The notes under the pieces are model-generated. The model had not been told where the DNA came from, made no database searches, and saw only the letters and a program-made list of their open reading frames with translations. Below, piece by piece: positions 63,004-64,000 of a DNA stretch of 64,000 nucleotides (positions are counted from its first letter, which is position 1; each line of letters starts with the position of its first letter). Origin of the DNA: Gemmatimonadales bacterium (GTDB lineage Bacteria; Gemmatimonadota; Gemmatimonadetes; Gemmatimonadales; GWC2-71-9); contig DATGVZ010000014.1 in NCBI GenBank assembly GCA_035299765.1, positions 11,888-75,887 of the forward strand. Direction: 5' to 3'. The position numbers and the translations under genes were made by a program.

Positions 63004-64000
63004 GCGATCTCCAGAATGACTTTGCCGGCGTCGCCCGAGCGGATGGCGGCGAGCGCGTCGTCGATCTTGGTGAGCGGGAATTTGTGGGTGATGACGGGGC
63101 GCGGATCGAACTGCCCGCTGGAGAGAAAGCGGCGCATCAGGTGCCAGGTCTGGTACATCTTGCGGCCGATCACTCCGTAAATCGTGATCCCTTTGAAAAT
63201 GATCTCGTTGGCGAAGTCGATCGGCACCTGGGCCGTAGGAATTCCCAGGAGTTGGACCCGTCCGCCGAGGCTCACGGACGCGAACGCCTGATGCAATGCC
63301 GAGGGCACCCCCGACATCTCACACACCACGTCCGCGCCTTCGCCCGCCGTCTCGGCGAGCACGGTCTTCACGACGTCGTCCTTGGCGGCGTTGATGGTCA
63401 CCTGGGCGCCCATGCGCGCCGCCAGCGCGAGCCGCTTGGGATTGACGTCGGATGCCAGCACTCTGCTGGCGCCCGCCGCTCTGGCAATCCCGACGGCAAA
63501 GCAACCAATCGGGCCGCATCCCACAACGAAAACGGTGCTGCCGGGAATCTCCGCCGTCAGCACCGCGTGAAACGCATTGCCCATCGGATCCATGATCGCG
63601 CCGATCTCGGTTGGTATGCCATCGAGCGTCAGCACGTTGGTCGCCGGCATCACGATGTACTCGGCGAATGCGCCGTCGCGATCGACGCCGATGATTCGCG
63701 TGTTTCTACAGATATGGCTGTTGCCGGTGCGGCACTGCAGGCAGTGGCCGCAGACGATGTGTCCCTCGGCCGTGACCAGCTGACCCACTTGCAGTTCGGT
63801 AACGCCGTCGCCGATCGCCGCTATCTCTCCGGCGAACTCATGTCCTACGATGAGCGGGGGTTTGATCCGGCCTTGGGCCCACGCGTCCCAATCGGCGATG
63901 TGGAGGTCGGTGCCGCAGACGCCGGCGTGCCGCACGGCGATCAGCACCTCGCCGGGTCCTGGTGCCGGCTTGGGGACGGACTTCACGGTCAAGCCGGGCG
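63000..64000 (-). CDS. tdh: L-threonine 3-dehydrogenase, 5' end beyond right window edge
   Basis: Zinc-ADH motifs (GVCGTDLH, GHEFAGE, CGHCLQC). The in-frame sequence continues upstream of the TTG at 63992 (..PGLTVKSVPKPAPGPGEV aligns with the usual Tdh N-terminal region), so the true start is off-window. Confidence 0.9.
   Translation of the reverse strand, partial: PGLTVKSVPKPAPGPGEVLIAVRHAGVCGTDLHIADWDAWAQGRIKPPLIVGHEFAGEIAAIGDGVTELQVGQLVTAEGHIVCGHCLQCRTGNSHICRNTRIIGVDRDGAFAEYIVMPATNVLTLDGIPTEIGAIMDPMGNAFHAVLTAEIPGSTVFVVGCGPIGCFAVGIARAAGASRVLASDVNPKRLALAARMGAQVTINAAKDDVVKTVLAETAGEGADVVCEMSGVPSALHQAFASVSLGGRVQLLGIPTAQVPIDFANEIIFKGITIYGVIGRKMYQTWHLMRRFLSSGQFDPRPVITHKFPLTKIDDALAAIRSGDAGKVILEIA

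Overview
This is a 64-kb bacterial chromosomal segment with visibly high G+C; I did not compute the exact value. I call about 75 protein-coding genes and one probable pseudogene. I found no rRNA, tRNA, CRISPR array, transposase, integrase or prophage signature.

The gene content suggests a Gram-negative soil lineage such as Gemmatimonadota: a REC-PglZ PorX-like regulator, a DUF1080/Gfo-Idh-MocA pair, Omp85-type and beta-barrel outer membrane proteins, LPS-core glycosyltransferases and an FG-GAP protein with CxxCH. That taxon call is an unverified inference.

Layout:
1. 1-14024, minus strand: an essentially gap-free 20-gene housekeeping array. In transcription order it is yebC-ruvC-ruvA-(Zn ribbon)-ruvB-queA-tgt-yajC-def-fmt-thiE-thiS-thiG-rsmB-PASTA-rpe-tlpA-ybbR-tsaD-lgt.
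2. 14.1-25 kb: an envelope and LPS block. It holds a DnaB-C-terminal-only ATPase, GT9, a PorX-like regulator coupled to msbA, and five further glycosyltransferases including a tandem GT4 pair.
3. 25-30.3 kb: a patatin-ferredoxin fusion, an orphan DppC-type permease, a class V aminotransferase, a decayed membrane-protein gene, DinB and tyrS.
4. 30.3-39 kb: PBP1A-amidohydrolase-argR-DUF1080-GFO, then argG-argH.
5. 39-45 kb: HNH plus a Cys-rich protein, then the four-gene module histidine kinase / sigma54 regulator / bactofilin-Omp85 fusion / DUF4390-like.
6. 45-55.4 kb: many small accessory-type genes.
7. 55.4-64 kb: a 325-nt non-coding region, a NYN-LOTUS protein with a long RGG-rich tail, mpg, an OMP, an M14 peptidase, kbl and tdh.

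Genome-style signals read directly from the sequence:
- NTGA start/stop overlaps are pervasive.
- Convergent genes overlap, leaving no room for terminators.
- About ten operon-first genes show a TTGnnn-17/18-TAnnnT promoter 6-11 nt from the start codon, implying leaderless or near-leaderless mRNAs.
- Four genes have conserved N-terminal coding sequence that extends upstream of any ATG/GTG/TTG, with CTG or ATT as the only candidate starts.
- Long G/C homopolymer tracts sit in an LPS glycosyltransferase and at the 5' end of the sigma54 regulator.

All family assignments come from motif recognition by eye; no searches were run.
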